From positions 3,552,001 through 3,616,000 of the forward strand of contig AP038806.1 in assembly GCA_047150005.1 (NCBI GenBank): a stretch of DNA of 64,000 nt, in the 5' to 3' direction. Under the pieces are notes generated by a model, which was given only the letters and a program-made list of their open reading frames with translations, did no database searches and was not told the origin of the DNA. Position 1 is the stretch's first letter, and each line of letters opens with the position of its first letter. The position numbers were made by a program, and so were the translations under genes. Shown here one piece after another: positions 47,115 through 56,814 of the stretch. The stretch is from Nitrospira sp. (GTDB lineage: Bacteria > Nitrospirota > Nitrospiria > Nitrospirales > Nitrospiraceae).

Positions 47115-47804
47115 TTATCTGACTAGTCTCCTATTGCGAAGCTGTTCACCATATTGCTTGTCAAAAGCTTTGGCATAGGTGCTCAGTCTCGGCAATAGTT
47201 CTGCAGCTCGAACCGAACGCCCTTTAGCCAAATCGAGGTCAGGGTAGTCTTGGGCCGCAACGAGATCCCAATCGTCGCCCTGAGGGACGCCGGCGAAGTC
47301 CAGACTCAATCCGGGAATTGAGATGATCTGGAGTTTGGACTGTTTGTCCGGTGCGGCCGAAATAATCTTCGCCAGATACGCATCACCAACCGTGCCGATA
47401 TGCCAGTTTCCTGCTTTCTTGTTCACTGTAGCGGTGGATTTGACGGTGTCTCCCGTCTGAAATGGGTACACCAATTCTTCATCGGTGGTAAACAGTTGGG
47501 CGAGAGAAACGCTTGGTTGATACTTCAGCAATTCGTCATAGGACACGATCCTACGCGGAACAGCGGCTCCCAGTTTGACGGCTCGCGCCTCATCAACCGA
47601 TGCAAATCCCATCCCCCGGTAGTTACCGGATTGAACCAACTGCGGTAAGGACATCAAGGCTTTTTGGGCTGCTTCTTCCGGTGTCTTCATCGTATTTGCA
47701 GGTGATGGATGCGTTGGAGTATCCACCGTGGCCGGTGTCGAATGACACCCTACGAGGTCACTTATCACGAACGCGAGGATGCAAACCATGCTTTTGGATT
47801 TCAT
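47115..47804 (-). CDS. Hypothetical lipoprotein
   Basis: GGAGG RBS; LVGC lipobox. Confidence 0.72.
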   Translation of the reverse strand: MKSKSMVCILAFVISDLVGCHSTPATVDTPTHPSPANTMKTPEEAAQKALMSLPQLVQSGNYRGMGFASVDEARAVKLGAAVPRRIVSYDELLKYQPSVSLAQLFTTDEELVYPFQTGDTVKSTATVNKKAGNWHIGTVGDAYLAKIISAAPDKQSKLQIISIPGLSLDFAGVPQGDDWDLVAAQDYPDLDLAKGRSVRAAELLPRLSTYAKAFDKQYGEQLRNRRLVR

Positions 47805-47824
47805 GATCCCTCCTCCTACCTTCA

Positions 47825-48406
47825 CTAATTCCTCCAGGTAATATCATAGGCCGTTTCCCAATGGTTCACCGTCGCAGAATTGCTATATTCTTCATATGTG
47901 ATGAATCGGTTCGTCCCATTGCATGGGGACCAGGGATCATTTAAGGCGAGGTATCGGATACCACCGATATCAACATAGCCGCTGACGACCAACACATGGC
48001 CAACCCCGCCGGTCTTCGGTCCGTAGGCATAGGACATCGGCTTGTCATGGCAGAACACTTGGCATTGCATTTTTTCCCATGTGAGGGGGGTTGAGGAGCC
48101 TTTGTAGTCAAAGCCGGATTCGTTATACATGGTCCAGCCCGGCATGTTGCACGCTTGATTCTTCGGACACCCGCCTGTGCAGCAGTCATTGCGTCCGAAA
48201 CGCTCGTTAGCAAGGTCGCATTGAACACGACCGTGTCCTAACGTTTCCGTTACCATCTGAGTTGTGGCAGCCCAACACCAGTTGTTGGTTTCTTGCGCTC
48301 GAAGTGCAACCGAGACAGAGCCAATTGTCGGGTTCGGTGTGCAACAGGCTTGGAGGAACAACGCAAAACCAAGAACGCATGGCAGGGAAAGTCTTCGATC
48401 GTTCAT
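47825..48406 (-). CDS. Papain-fold cysteine protease (C39-like/AvrRpt2-like) lipoprotein
   Basis: LQAC lipobox; QETNNWCWAA, GHVLVVSGY, NDPW. Confidence 0.82.
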   Translation of the reverse strand: MNDRRLSLPCVLGFALFLQACCTPNPTIGSVSVALRAQETNNWCWAATTQMVTETLGHGRVQCDLANERFGRNDCCTGGCPKNQACNMPGWTMYNESGFDYKGSSTPLTWEKMQCQVFCHDKPMSYAYGPKTGGVGHVLVVSGYVDIGGIRYLALNDPWSPCNGTNRFITYEEYSNSATVNHWETAYDITWRN

Positions 48407-48716
48407 GATTGCCCTCCTTGCGAAGGTTCAACCGTATTTGTGCAATAAATACGCCAGGATCTGAATATGATATCGGACGGTACAACGTCACGATTCTCCA
48501 GTTTGAATGAGCGGTTCTTGTGAAGTCACCTGTATCTCTTCTGATACCGGTCGAATCTCAAGTGATTCAGTCCGTACCTCCCCAAGAAGTGCGGCCGAAG
48601 TACGAATGTGTTAACCACAGAAGCGACCAACTCCTCTCCGCATACAGATCTGATCGAACGGTAGCGAGTCAGTTTGCCGCCAGAAACACTGAGGTGTGTC
48701 ATTCCCGCGGAAGCGG

Positions 48717-48770
48717 ATGGCTGTCTTCGATGATACATGCGGGAACCTCATTCAGGTGGTGCAGATGATC
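48717..48770 (+). pseudogene. C-terminal remnant of a VOC/glyoxalase-family gene
   Basis: AVFDDTCGNLIQVVQ, directly fused to a REP-like half. Confidence 0.55.
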
Positions 48771-48986
48771 GGTAAAGCAGGACTGAGCAAATTTAGAATC
48801 CGCAATGCAAGACGATGGGGGCCTTCTCAGATTTTTGTAGTGGTTATGGAGTGGGAGGCGGATGCCCGTCTTGACGCAGGTTTACCGGTGTTGGGCTTCT
48901 TGCTACACTGCGCCATGCCTCAGGAGGCGCGTGCCGTCTTACCAAAATTTGGAATTGAACCGTCAGGATGGTGAGAGGTAGTCGCC

Positions 48987-50228
48987 TTGCTAGTTTGTCT
49001 GAGTGACCTACATTTGAGTGACCTTCAATCTGATGATGAACTTGTTGAACGCCTGCTGGTGGAAACTCTAACCAGTCTTCCGGCAAAAGCTAAATCAATT
49101 GGTAGCAAGAAAATCGATATTCTTTGGTTGGGTGACATCATCGATCTGCTGGTTTCACCTCAGTGGGCTCAGAGGTCCCTTCGTCCTTGGGATTCGCCAA
49201 GTCCCGAACTCGGAAGCTTGATTGAGAACATTGTGGTTGCGACATGTGCCCGCTACGCGAGATTCTTCAGTACCATGCTCTTGCTCAGTGAGAAGAAGGC
49301 CGACGAGGTTCCAACTTTCTTCCACTACATCATTGGAAATCATGATTGGTTACTGAATTCATCCGTTGCTAGAAGCGCTCGCGTGAGAGTTGACAAGGCA
49401 TTCTGCTTGGCACCAAGACGTGAAGGATCACCTCTCGCCGAAGGTAAGTCCTTCAAGGCTTATGGTGTATATGCGACGCATGGGCACGAATTCGATCCTT
49501 CTAACGCAGCCGATGATAATTTGTGGCCATTAGGTGATGCCGTGGTTGTAGAACTCCTTCAAGGATTCTTTAATCAAGTGAAAGCACAATTGACAGAGCA
49601 AAGTGATAGGACACTCATCCGTAGCCTCGAGGATCTATTTTATGTTCGGCCAGATATGGGTGTCCCCTTGTATATACACGCTCGGTTACAGGATGAGGGC
49701 GTAAGCAAACGCCAACAATCAATTATTCGCGGGGCGTGGGAAACAGCCGTAAACAGTTTCATGAACATTCCATATTTTAACGACCGCATGGATGCGTATG
49801 AAAAGCGGGTAGGCCTAAAGCGCCTTCGTCAGTTACTGCGAGTAAGCCGACCGCTCAGGAGGGTTACAGACGTTCTAAGTCTCTTAAGTTGGCAACGAGA
49901 ACGGATTCTTCGGATCAACGATCCAGGTCAGTATGAACATCGTGCACTCGACAATCTATTAACAAACTTTCAGTCTCTCAAGTACTTCGTGATGGGACAC
50001 ACACATAAGGCTGCATTGAGTCCCTTATTCCCAGATAAAGACAAGGTGTCTAAGGCCTACGTCAATACTGGAACTTGGCGAAAAATCCACAGGCCTCTAT
50101 TCTTCGAGCGTCAGGCCTGGAAGGAATTCGCTGCCGAGACGGTATTAAGCTATGCGGTGTTTTATACTGCTGAAGAACAAAGGTCGACGATGGTTTCCTG
50201 CGAATTGCACCGACGATCTTGTGTGTGA
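48987..50228 (+). CDS. Calcineurin-like metallophosphoesterase
   Basis: SDLH, GDIID, GNHD, HGH, GHTH, NTGTW; AT-richer DNA. Confidence 0.88.
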   Translation: MLVCLSDLHLSDLQSDDELVERLLVETLTSLPAKAKSIGSKKIDILWLGDIIDLLVSPQWAQRSLRPWDSPSPELGSLIENIVVATCARYARFFSTMLLLSEKKADEVPTFFHYIIGNHDWLLNSSVARSARVRVDKAFCLAPRREGSPLAEGKSFKAYGVYATHGHEFDPSNAADDNLWPLGDAVVVELLQGFFNQVKAQLTEQSDRTLIRSLEDLFYVRPDMGVPLYIHARLQDEGVSKRQQSIIRGAWETAVNSFMNIPYFNDRMDAYEKRVGLKRLRQLLRVSRPLRRVTDVLSLLSWQRERILRINDPGQYEHRALDNLLTNFQSLKYFVMGHTHKAALSPLFPDKDKVSKAYVNTGTWRKIHRPLFFERQAWKEFAAETVLSYAVFYTAEEQRSTMVSCELHRRSCV

Positions 50229-50237
50229 GTCACAATT

Positions 50238-50801
50238 TTGACCAAGTTGATATCGATTGAGGACTTGGTTGAGGGGCTGAAGAGCTCTGTTTCTGATATT
50301 CGAGAGGTATCTTGCCGGGAAATTATTCGACGCTACTCGGGCCTGATTCAGAAAATTACAAGGAGTCTGACTTCTCGTCCTGAGCTCGCGGATGACATAT
50401 TCCAAGAATCCTTTCTCCGATTGTTTCTCAAGATAGACTTGCTTAAGGAACCCAAAGCCTTTCCTGGATTTTTCCGAAGCATCATTGTGAGCACAGCTTA
50501 CGATCTCTTGCGGAAGGAGGCGAAACATGTCTCACAATCCATCTCCAAAGGTTCCCTCGCCCAGACCATAGACCGACAATTCATGGACCAACTGGTGTTA
50601 GTAGGATATTTGCCCAGACTAGGCAAGGATGATCGACTTATCGTCGAGTCAAGTTTTTTTCTCGGACTCTCGGACCAAGAAATTGCAAGCCGTCTAGGTG
50701 TTGTCAGCGCCGAGGCCGTGCGAATGAGACGATCTCGCGCCCTATCCGCACTGCGGAGAATGATCGCAAGAGATGCTAAGGCATTGAAAGCATTATCATA
50801 A
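50238..50801 (+). CDS. ECF sigma-70 factor
   Basis: ADDIFQESFLRL...AFPGFF; SDQEIASRLG..AEAVRMRRSRA. Confidence 0.85.
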   Translation: MTKLISIEDLVEGLKSSVSDIREVSCREIIRRYSGLIQKITRSLTSRPELADDIFQESFLRLFLKIDLLKEPKAFPGFFRSIIVSTAYDLLRKEAKHVSQSISKGSLAQTIDRQFMDQLVLVGYLPRLGKDDRLIVESSFFLGLSDQEIASRLGVVSAEAVRMRRSRALSALRRMIARDAKALKALS

Positions 50802-50851
50802 ATGATGGAGCGACAACTGTTACATTCGGCGGGATTTTACCGTCTTAATAT

Positions 50852-51547
50852 ATGACAAACGATGAACTGACGAAGTTATCGACGTTTGGCCTATTTGACA
50901 ACATTTATGCTCTAGTTGCTCAGCGAGAGGTGTTAATCAATCGCAGGCAGAGTGAGATGCAGTATTCTCAGGTATTAGACGCTCTCGCCAAAGCAGTTGG
51001 CGAACTGAGTAGGCGATATATGCCTGCCACACAGCCGATCGTAGAGGCTCTGTGCAGTGCAACGACAGACGAGGATATTGCCGCAAATATTGAGATCAGT
51101 TATGAGGGAGCTTTTGCAAAGCATGCTGCGGTGGTTGCTTACAAATGTCCAGGTGCGGCCCTATGGTACTGTCCAATCCTCTTATGGACGGAACTTGAGA
51201 AGTTGTGGTACGCGATTAGCAATGAATACAATCTTTCTGTTGAGCAAAGCCTCAGTCTGTACTTGAAAAAGCGCTTTCTGGCCAGAGCATTTATTGATGA
51301 GCTAGACGATGATCCTCGCTATACCATGATCCAGTTTTTTTACAGTGTGGTTTCACCCGAACCCATGTCAAATGATGCGCAACGAATTCGGGATGCGGTG
51401 GCAGCTTTACACGTGAAGCTTTACTCATATAAGCGATTTATTGATGATTGGACTGACGGAGCCATTTCGGTCACCCTTCTTGAGAAGGTAGAACAAGAAC
51501 GGAATTACACAAGTCATTATCTAACCGGCTTGGGGCTGATTGGTTAG
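50852..51547 (+). CDS. Hypothetical protein
   Basis: 231-aa ORF in the AT-richer operon. Confidence 0.7.
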   Translation: MTNDELTKLSTFGLFDNIYALVAQREVLINRRQSEMQYSQVLDALAKAVGELSRRYMPATQPIVEALCSATTDEDIAANIEISYEGAFAKHAAVVAYKCPGAALWYCPILLWTELEKLWYAISNEYNLSVEQSLSLYLKKRFLARAFIDELDDDPRYTMIQFFYSVVSPEPMSNDAQRIRDAVAALHVKLYSYKRFIDDWTDGAISVTLLEKVEQERNYTSHYLTGLGLIG

Positions 51548-51557
51548 GAGGATCGAA

Positions 51558-51869
51558 ATGTTGAATAAGCATAAACACAAGGAATTTTTGAAGAGTCTCG
51601 GGGTCAGTGATGTTCAACTGCAGAAAGTTCCTGAAGGCGCAGATTTTACTGATGCACGACCTGATTTGACTGAAGGAATCATGCGCGAACTGAGGAAAAC
51701 GTATGATCACAAACAACCAATTGGTACGATCAGGGGAAAAGATTTGATCTTCAAAAAAGAAGAGATCAAAGCGACACGAGTCTCGATGCATAACCTCACG
51801 ATGAGATTGAAGACAGCCGAACATGAAGTGACGAAGGCCATAGTAGCCGAACAAGGAGGGCAGCCTTGA
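51558..51869 (+). CDS. Small hypothetical protein
   Basis: AGGAGG RBS; follows the 50852 ORF. Confidence 0.7.
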   Translation: MLNKHKHKEFLKSLGVSDVQLQKVPEGADFTDARPDLTEGIMRELRKTYDHKQPIGTIRGKDLIFKKEEIKATRVSMHNLTMRLKTAEHEVTKAIVAEQGGQP

Positions 51870-52040
51870 TCCTACGAGTGGCGTAGATGTGGATCATGAC
51901 CCTTCGTAATTTCCCTCCCTGGCACAGCCACACGTTACAGGATTATCGTACATCAACCGAGTGCACAAAACAGACGCAATCTCCATGTGACCTGCAGGAT
52001 ATCCAGAACTGACTCTCCTCGCCAACGATGGGACAGGTGT

Positions 52041-52286
52041 TCATCCTAAGTGGACTGGTGCACGTCTGGGAGTCTGACTAGAGTCAGATTTTTCGAATGA
52101 GACGACTCCGTCAAGTAACAAGAAGATGGCGAGGAGGAGCAGGAGGATCCCACCGATCCCCCAGCCGTGCGGAGTAAACCACCAAAGGTCTTTCGTGGTT
52201 GCCGCCAGCCCACCGAAAATTCCACACAGAGTGCCTAACCCTGCCAGAACTCGGGCTATGATCGTTCGCTTGGCACCAGCTTCCAT
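52041..52286 (-). CDS. Small two-TM membrane protein
   Basis: GGAGG RBS; two hydrophobic helices. Confidence 0.6.
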   Translation of the reverse strand: MEAGAKRTIIARVLAGLGTLCGIFGGLAATTKDLWWFTPHGWGIGGILLLLLAIFLLLDGVVSFEKSDSSQTPRRAPVHLG

Positions 52287-52336
52287 AGCGTACCTCCCAA
52301 AGCGGTGGTATGAGGTTCTGTAGTGCTCCCCTGAAA

Positions 52337-53170
52337 TCAAGCCACCTGGGTTGACTGTTGCGCGCGGAATTGGACGGGACTCCGATACGCCAAGGCGCTG
52401 TGCGGTCGTCCCTCGTTGTACCAGTGGAGCCAGTCCCGAATGATCCGTCGCGCCTCCTCAAACGTCTGGAACGTGTGTTGCCAGACGCACTCCTCCTTCA
52501 GACTCCGGAAGAACCGCTCGATGATGCCGTTCTGTTCCGGCGTATAGGGCGTAATGAATTCCTGTTGGAGCCGATAGTCCCGACAGGCTTGTCGAAACCG
52601 GCGACTCTGGAAGATCAGGCCGTTGTCACTGCGGAGGACCGGTGCGCCCGTAGGCCGCAACGTCCCGAACCGCTGCAGGCACGCCGCTTCGACGGCCCGC
52701 TCCGCCTCCTTGGCCCGACTGCGCAACGCGAACTCGTAGCCGATGACTTCCCGATCGTGACAGTCGATCACGGCCGCGAGATGGGCCCAGCCGTCCTGGC
52801 CACAGGGAATATGCGTCACGTCCATCGCCCACCGTTCATTGCTCTGCCCAGCCCGACTGCGCCAGCCTCGCACCCGAGGGCGCGGGGTCGCCACGCGTTG
52901 GTGGACGAACCAGCCCTGCTGCTTCAGCACGCGATACACGGCTTTGCGATTCACCAGGATCCCATCCTGATACCGCAACATCACCCAGAGTCGGCGATAC
53001 CCAAACGTGGGATGCTGCTGAATCCAATACCGCATCCGCTCCAGCCACGGGGGTGCCGTGGGGCCTCGGCGTCGTCCCTCCGTTGCTCTCGTCCGATGCA
53101 GACCGGCTCGGTTCACGCGGAGCACCTGGCAACTCCGTCGCTCGGAGACACCCGACACGCGGGCTCTCAC
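52337..53170 (-). CDS. IS3-family transposase OrfB (DDE)
   Basis: WAMDVT, RSDNG, PEQNGIIERFFRSLKEE, YNEGRPHSAL. Confidence 0.93.
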   Translation of the reverse strand: MRARVSGVSERRSCQVLRVNRAGLHRTRATEGRRRGPTAPPWLERMRYWIQQHPTFGYRRLWVMLRYQDGILVNRKAVYRVLKQQGWFVHQRVATPRPRVRGWRSRAGQSNERWAMDVTHIPCGQDGWAHLAAVIDCHDREVIGYEFALRSRAKEAERAVEAACLQRFGTLRPTGAPVLRSDNGLIFQSRRFRQACRDYRLQQEFITPYTPEQNGIIERFFRSLKEECVWQHTFQTFEEARRIIRDWLHWYNEGRPHSALAYRSPVQFRAQQSTQVA

Positions 53171-53523
53171 GCGTCGGATGTCTTCCGGTCCAAAGGGAAG
53201 GGTTTCAAGGCCTCCCGTAAGATGTCGTTGTCCACGACCAGATCCCCGATCTTCTGTTTCAGCTTCTTGATCTGCTCGTCCTTCACGGCCTCCTCGTCCT
53301 TGGGCCGAGTCCGGAGCGCGTTCTCGGCGCCGAGGAGAAACTTCTCACGCCACGCCTCCACCTCCGCCACGGTCAGGCCGTGCTGCCGGGCCGCCTCGGC
53401 CACCGAGGTCTCACCCTTCAGATTACTCACGACCAATGCCACGCGTCGCTTGGCCGTCCACCGTTCAATGGGTTCTGCTGCTTCTGCTGCCATCGCCACC
53501 TCCTCGGTCCGTCGTAGGACCAT
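53167..53523 (-). CDS. IS3-family transposase OrfA (HTH)
   Basis: RWTAKRRVALV...SVAEAARQHGL; GTGA overlap with OrfB. Confidence 0.9.
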   Translation of the reverse strand: MVLRRTEEVAMAAEAAEPIERWTAKRRVALVVSNLKGETSVAEAARQHGLTVAEVEAWREKFLLGAENALRTRPKDEEAVKDEQIKKLKQKIGDLVVDNDILREALKPFPLDRKTSDA

Positions 53524-53670
53524 GTCGTAGAGGTGGTCTCAATTTCAAGAGGAGCAGGATAGTTCCGTAGACCAGCCTATCGTCGGATTATCTAGTAGCG
53601 GTGTCAACCTCTTGCCCCACGGCTGAGAACCGGCTGAATCCGAGGAGTTACGAAGCAGCCTTCATCGGGC

Positions 53671-54168
53671 CTATCGGGGGTGAACGGCCAAAAAGTCGTT
53701 GGCGAATTGCTGAACCAGCTCTTCGCTGTGACGAGTGATTTCGCTTAGTCTATTCGTGCCAACGAAGCCGAGATAACCGGTCGACCAAGTGGTAGCGACC
53801 AGATTCTTGGTAGTAGACAATGACACATACTGTTTGAGTTCAACAGTCAGACAATACGAATATTGAGGAAGCGTTGGGTTTTTCAATGACGCGACGATGA
53901 CATGAAGTGACGGTGAAGAAGGGACCTCTAAAGATTCCTCGTCAGTGAGAATTCTAATGCCACTGGACCGCAGCACTTGTTCAACTGCTGTTCGAATGCC
54001 CTCTTGTGATAAACCTTGAGCCTTCATATCCAGAGCAACATTGTCGATCACGACTGACACCCCAGGTAGCCCAATCAATGAACTGCGTTCTGTCTTGGAG
54101 GCTGCGTAGAGATCACTGCAGTCCAATAGAGTTGAAATGAGAATCAGTAGCGTAACGATAGACCGCAT
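53671..54168 (-). CDS. Secreted hypothetical protein
   Basis: GGAGG RBS; signal peptide ending LYA. Confidence 0.72.
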   Translation of the reverse strand: MRSIVTLLILISTLLDCSDLYAASKTERSSLIGLPGVSVVIDNVALDMKAQGLSQEGIRTAVEQVLRSSGIRILTDEESLEVPSSPSLHVIVASLKNPTLPQYSYCLTVELKQYVSLSTTKNLVATTWSTGYLGFVGTNRLSEITRHSEELVQQFANDFLAVHPR

Positions 54169-54379
54169 AATGCCTCCGACACAGGATGAAGCGCCTCCAA
54201 GAGAACGGGGGCAATTAAGAGTTCCACCGTCTCCAGCCGCATCCCCAGCAGTTTTTCCACAATCCTCGTTGAGGACTCCGCTCGTTTCTAGGCAGCATCA
54301 TACGCCATCTTCAACGGGGTGAGCAGACGCAACACCGTGAAGGGCGCCGTGAAGCCTCCCATCTCCTCGTACTGCTCGG

Positions 54380-54569
54380 CTAGGAGTCTGTCCGAGTAAT
54401 CCTTCGTTGCGAGGCAGAAGGAGCTGCTGGCAGATGCAAGGCCGCAGGCTCGAAAAATCCGGAGGCGTATTCTCTGGAATACGTTGAGGAAGTTTTTGAG
54501 CCGAGAACGACGTAGATGCTCGCGGATCGTTTGCCGCAGTAGAAAGGCATTACTCGGACAGACTCCTAG
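54380..54569. mobile_element. MITE-like element, 190 bp
   Basis: Perfect 21-bp TIR ctaggagtctgtccgagtaat; CTAG ends; central cgtatt-ctctg-gaatacg-ttgagg core. Confidence 0.85.
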
Positions 54570-54751
54570 CGGCAGCATGTAGGACCAGGGGCCATACACG
54601 TGGGAGACTCCGTGGATTTCGAACACCTGGCGAATATTCTGCCAGAAAGTTCTCCGATCTTCGTGTCTCAGATTACGGGGAGCTGACATATCCGGCGGCG
54701 CAATGAAGAGAGGCTGCGCCTGGTGAGCCGCCGGAACGAGCAAGCTTGGTT

Positions 54752-54827
54752 TGGTGCGCCCGACAGGACTTGAACCTGTAACCCCCAGATCCGTAGTCTG
54801 GTGCTCTATCCATTGAGCTACGGGCGC
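54752..54827 (-). tRNA. tRNA-Arg(ACG)
   Basis: GCGCCCG acceptor; anticodon arm CCAGA-CTACGGA-TCTGG; GGTTCAAGTCC T-arm; encoded CCA; 76 nt. Confidence 0.96.
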
Positions 54828-55000
54828 GACCGAAGAAGTGCTGAGCGGCTGCCGCAGAACAGCGGTTATACAGGGCCCTGCCCCAATGGGTCAAGGGAGC
54901 AGGGGCCGCCGATCCATTCAGAAAAAACTCTATCCAGAATCCGGCCACTCCAGTAGGATGATGCTCTGGCGCTCAGGGGACTCATTCGTGAGGACTGGCT

Positions 55001-55324
55001 ATGCCCAATCTCCAGGTCGTGGAGCAGGTGATTGAACAGGCGGTTGAGCAAACGCTTCAGCAGCCGGGTCAGAAAGATCGGCCGGCCATAGAATCGCCAC
55101 AGCCTCGTTCCGGAGCTACCGGGACTATCGCGACGGTCATTCGATGGACAGTCGGCATTGTGGTGGCCTTTGCGCTCGGGAGTTGGCTGGTCTGGCTGAC
55201 CGCCTACCTGCAACGTCATTTCGTCCTTGAAGAGATCCGTTCGGCCTGTCAACGGGTCATGCCGGACACGGTCGAACGATGTGTGGATACCGTCATCATC
55301 CAGCGGGGCGGAGCGAGGCGATGA
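55001..55324 (+). CDS. Small single-TM hypothetical protein
   Basis: GAGGA RBS; TM helix; ATGA overlap with the next gene. Confidence 0.65.
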   Translation: MPNLQVVEQVIEQAVEQTLQQPGQKDRPAIESPQPRSGATGTIATVIRWTVGIVVAFALGSWLVWLTAYLQRHFVLEEIRSACQRVMPDTVERCVDTVIIQRGGARR

Positions 55325-56307
55325 CGTGGGGCCTCCTGGTCGGCAGGACCCTGCTGGCCGGCATCGTTGTCTGGACCTCTTCAACCTGGCTCGCCCTGGC
55401 CCAGGAGCCGGATGAGCCACGGCGGCCTGCGACTGAAATCAACATCGGCACCTGGATCAGCGTCGGCGAGACGAAGTGGGCGCACAATGCGTCTTCAGTG
55501 CCAGGCCTTGGCAATCCCACCTCCAAATTGGATTACAAGGACGTCGGCACGAACGTGATCGACGTGGCCGGGAAATTCTGGTTCTCTCCGAAAGTCTTTA
55601 CCAAGCTCAACGTCGGATTCGCCAATATCGGGGGCGGCCGCTTGACCGACGATGACTATGGAGCGGGACAGCAACTCTTCTCGAGCACACAGAGTAACAT
55701 CAACGGCAACAACATGTGGTATGTGAACGCGGATTTGGGCGGGCGCGTGACTGAGTTCGCGCACCATCGCGGCTATCTCGATGTCTTCGGCGGCTACCAA
55801 TACTGGCGTACGGAATATCAGGCCGTCGGGGTGGCGCAGATCTCCTGTAATCCGGCCGCGATTCCAGGCCTGACCTGCTTACCGCCCGGTACGAGCACAA
55901 ATCAGGGGCAGACCGTCATCACGAATACGACCTCCTGGCATTCATTTCGAATAGGCATGACCTCCGAGTATAAGTTCACCCGCCGGATCAGCATCCACGG
56001 CACCGCAGCTCTCATTCCCGCCAGCTACCTCGACAACAAGGACCAGCATCATCTGCGGCTCGACTTGCAGCAAAACCCGAGCTTCGCCATGACCGGCTAC
56101 GGCATCGGGGCGGATGGCGACATCGGGCTTCGCTTCCAGTTCATGAAGAATTTTGCCGCCGACGTGGGCTACCGCGTCTACTGGAATCAGCTCATCACCG
56201 GGAATCTCACCGTCTACCCGGTGAACGACTCAACCCAGTCTTTTCCTCTCACCGAGTTTCAGTCGCTCCGACACGGATTGACCGCCGGCCTCACGCTGAT
56301 ATTCTAA
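55321..56307 (+). CDS. Outer-membrane beta-barrel protein (omptin-like, tentative)
   Basis: ALA signal; SKLDYKD and GRLTDDDY; amphipathic strands; C-terminal Phe. Confidence 0.7.
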   Translation: MTWGLLVGRTLLAGIVVWTSSTWLALAQEPDEPRRPATEINIGTWISVGETKWAHNASSVPGLGNPTSKLDYKDVGTNVIDVAGKFWFSPKVFTKLNVGFANIGGGRLTDDDYGAGQQLFSSTQSNINGNNMWYVNADLGGRVTEFAHHRGYLDVFGGYQYWRTEYQAVGVAQISCNPAAIPGLTCLPPGTSTNQGQTVITNTTSWHSFRIGMTSEYKFTRRISIHGTAALIPASYLDNKDQHHLRLDLQQNPSFAMTGYGIGADGDIGLRFQFMKNFAADVGYRVYWNQLITGNLTVYPVNDSTQSFPLTEFQSLRHGLTAGLTLIF

Positions 56308-56457
56308 CGGGGACTGGCTCCGATTCCGATCGGTGCCTGTCCCCCTCGGTGTCACTCGATTCCTTGGGTCCAGAATCGTCTGAGACATCTACGGATCTGG
56401 GCATATTAGATTCAGTCCTTATCCTGCTCCCCTTGAAATTGAGACCACCTCTACGAC

Positions 56458-56814
56458 ATGGTCCTACGACGGACCGAGGAGGTGGCGATGGCAGCAGAAG
56501 CAGCAGAACCCATTGAACGGTGGACGGCCAAGCGACGCGTGGCATTGGTCGTGAGTAATCTGAAGGGTGAGACCTCGGTGGCCGAGGCGGCCCGGCAGCA
56601 CGGCCTGACCGTGGCGGAGGTGGAGGCGTGGCGTGAGAAGTTTCTCCTCGGCGCCGAGAACGCGCTCCGGACTCGGCCCAAGGACGAGGAGGCCGTGAAG
56701 GACGAGCAGATCAAGAAGCTGAAACAGAAGATCGGGGATCTGGTCGTGGACAACGACATCTTACGGGAGGCCTTGAAACCCTTCCCTTTGGACCGGAAGA
56801 CATCCGACGCGTGA
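56458..56814 (+). CDS. IS3-family transposase OrfA
   Basis: Protein identical to 53167..53523. Confidence 0.9.
   Translation: MVLRRTEEVAMAAEAAEPIERWTAKRRVALVVSNLKGETSVAEAARQHGLTVAEVEAWREKFLLGAENALRTRPKDEEAVKDEQIKKLKQKIGDLVVDNDILREALKPFPLDRKTSDA

Larger units (their letters stand above)
52319..53561 (-). mobile_element. IS3-family element, copy 1 (1243 bp), TSD GTTC
   Basis: Ends tgtagtgctcccctgaaat / atttcaagaggagcaggata; gttc at 52315-18 and 53562-65. Confidence 0.93.

Noticed and set aside
54288..54743. Integrase remnant next to the tRNA
   Set aside because: No tyrosine or serine recombinase motifs; much of the ORF is MITE and tRNA-trailer sequence.
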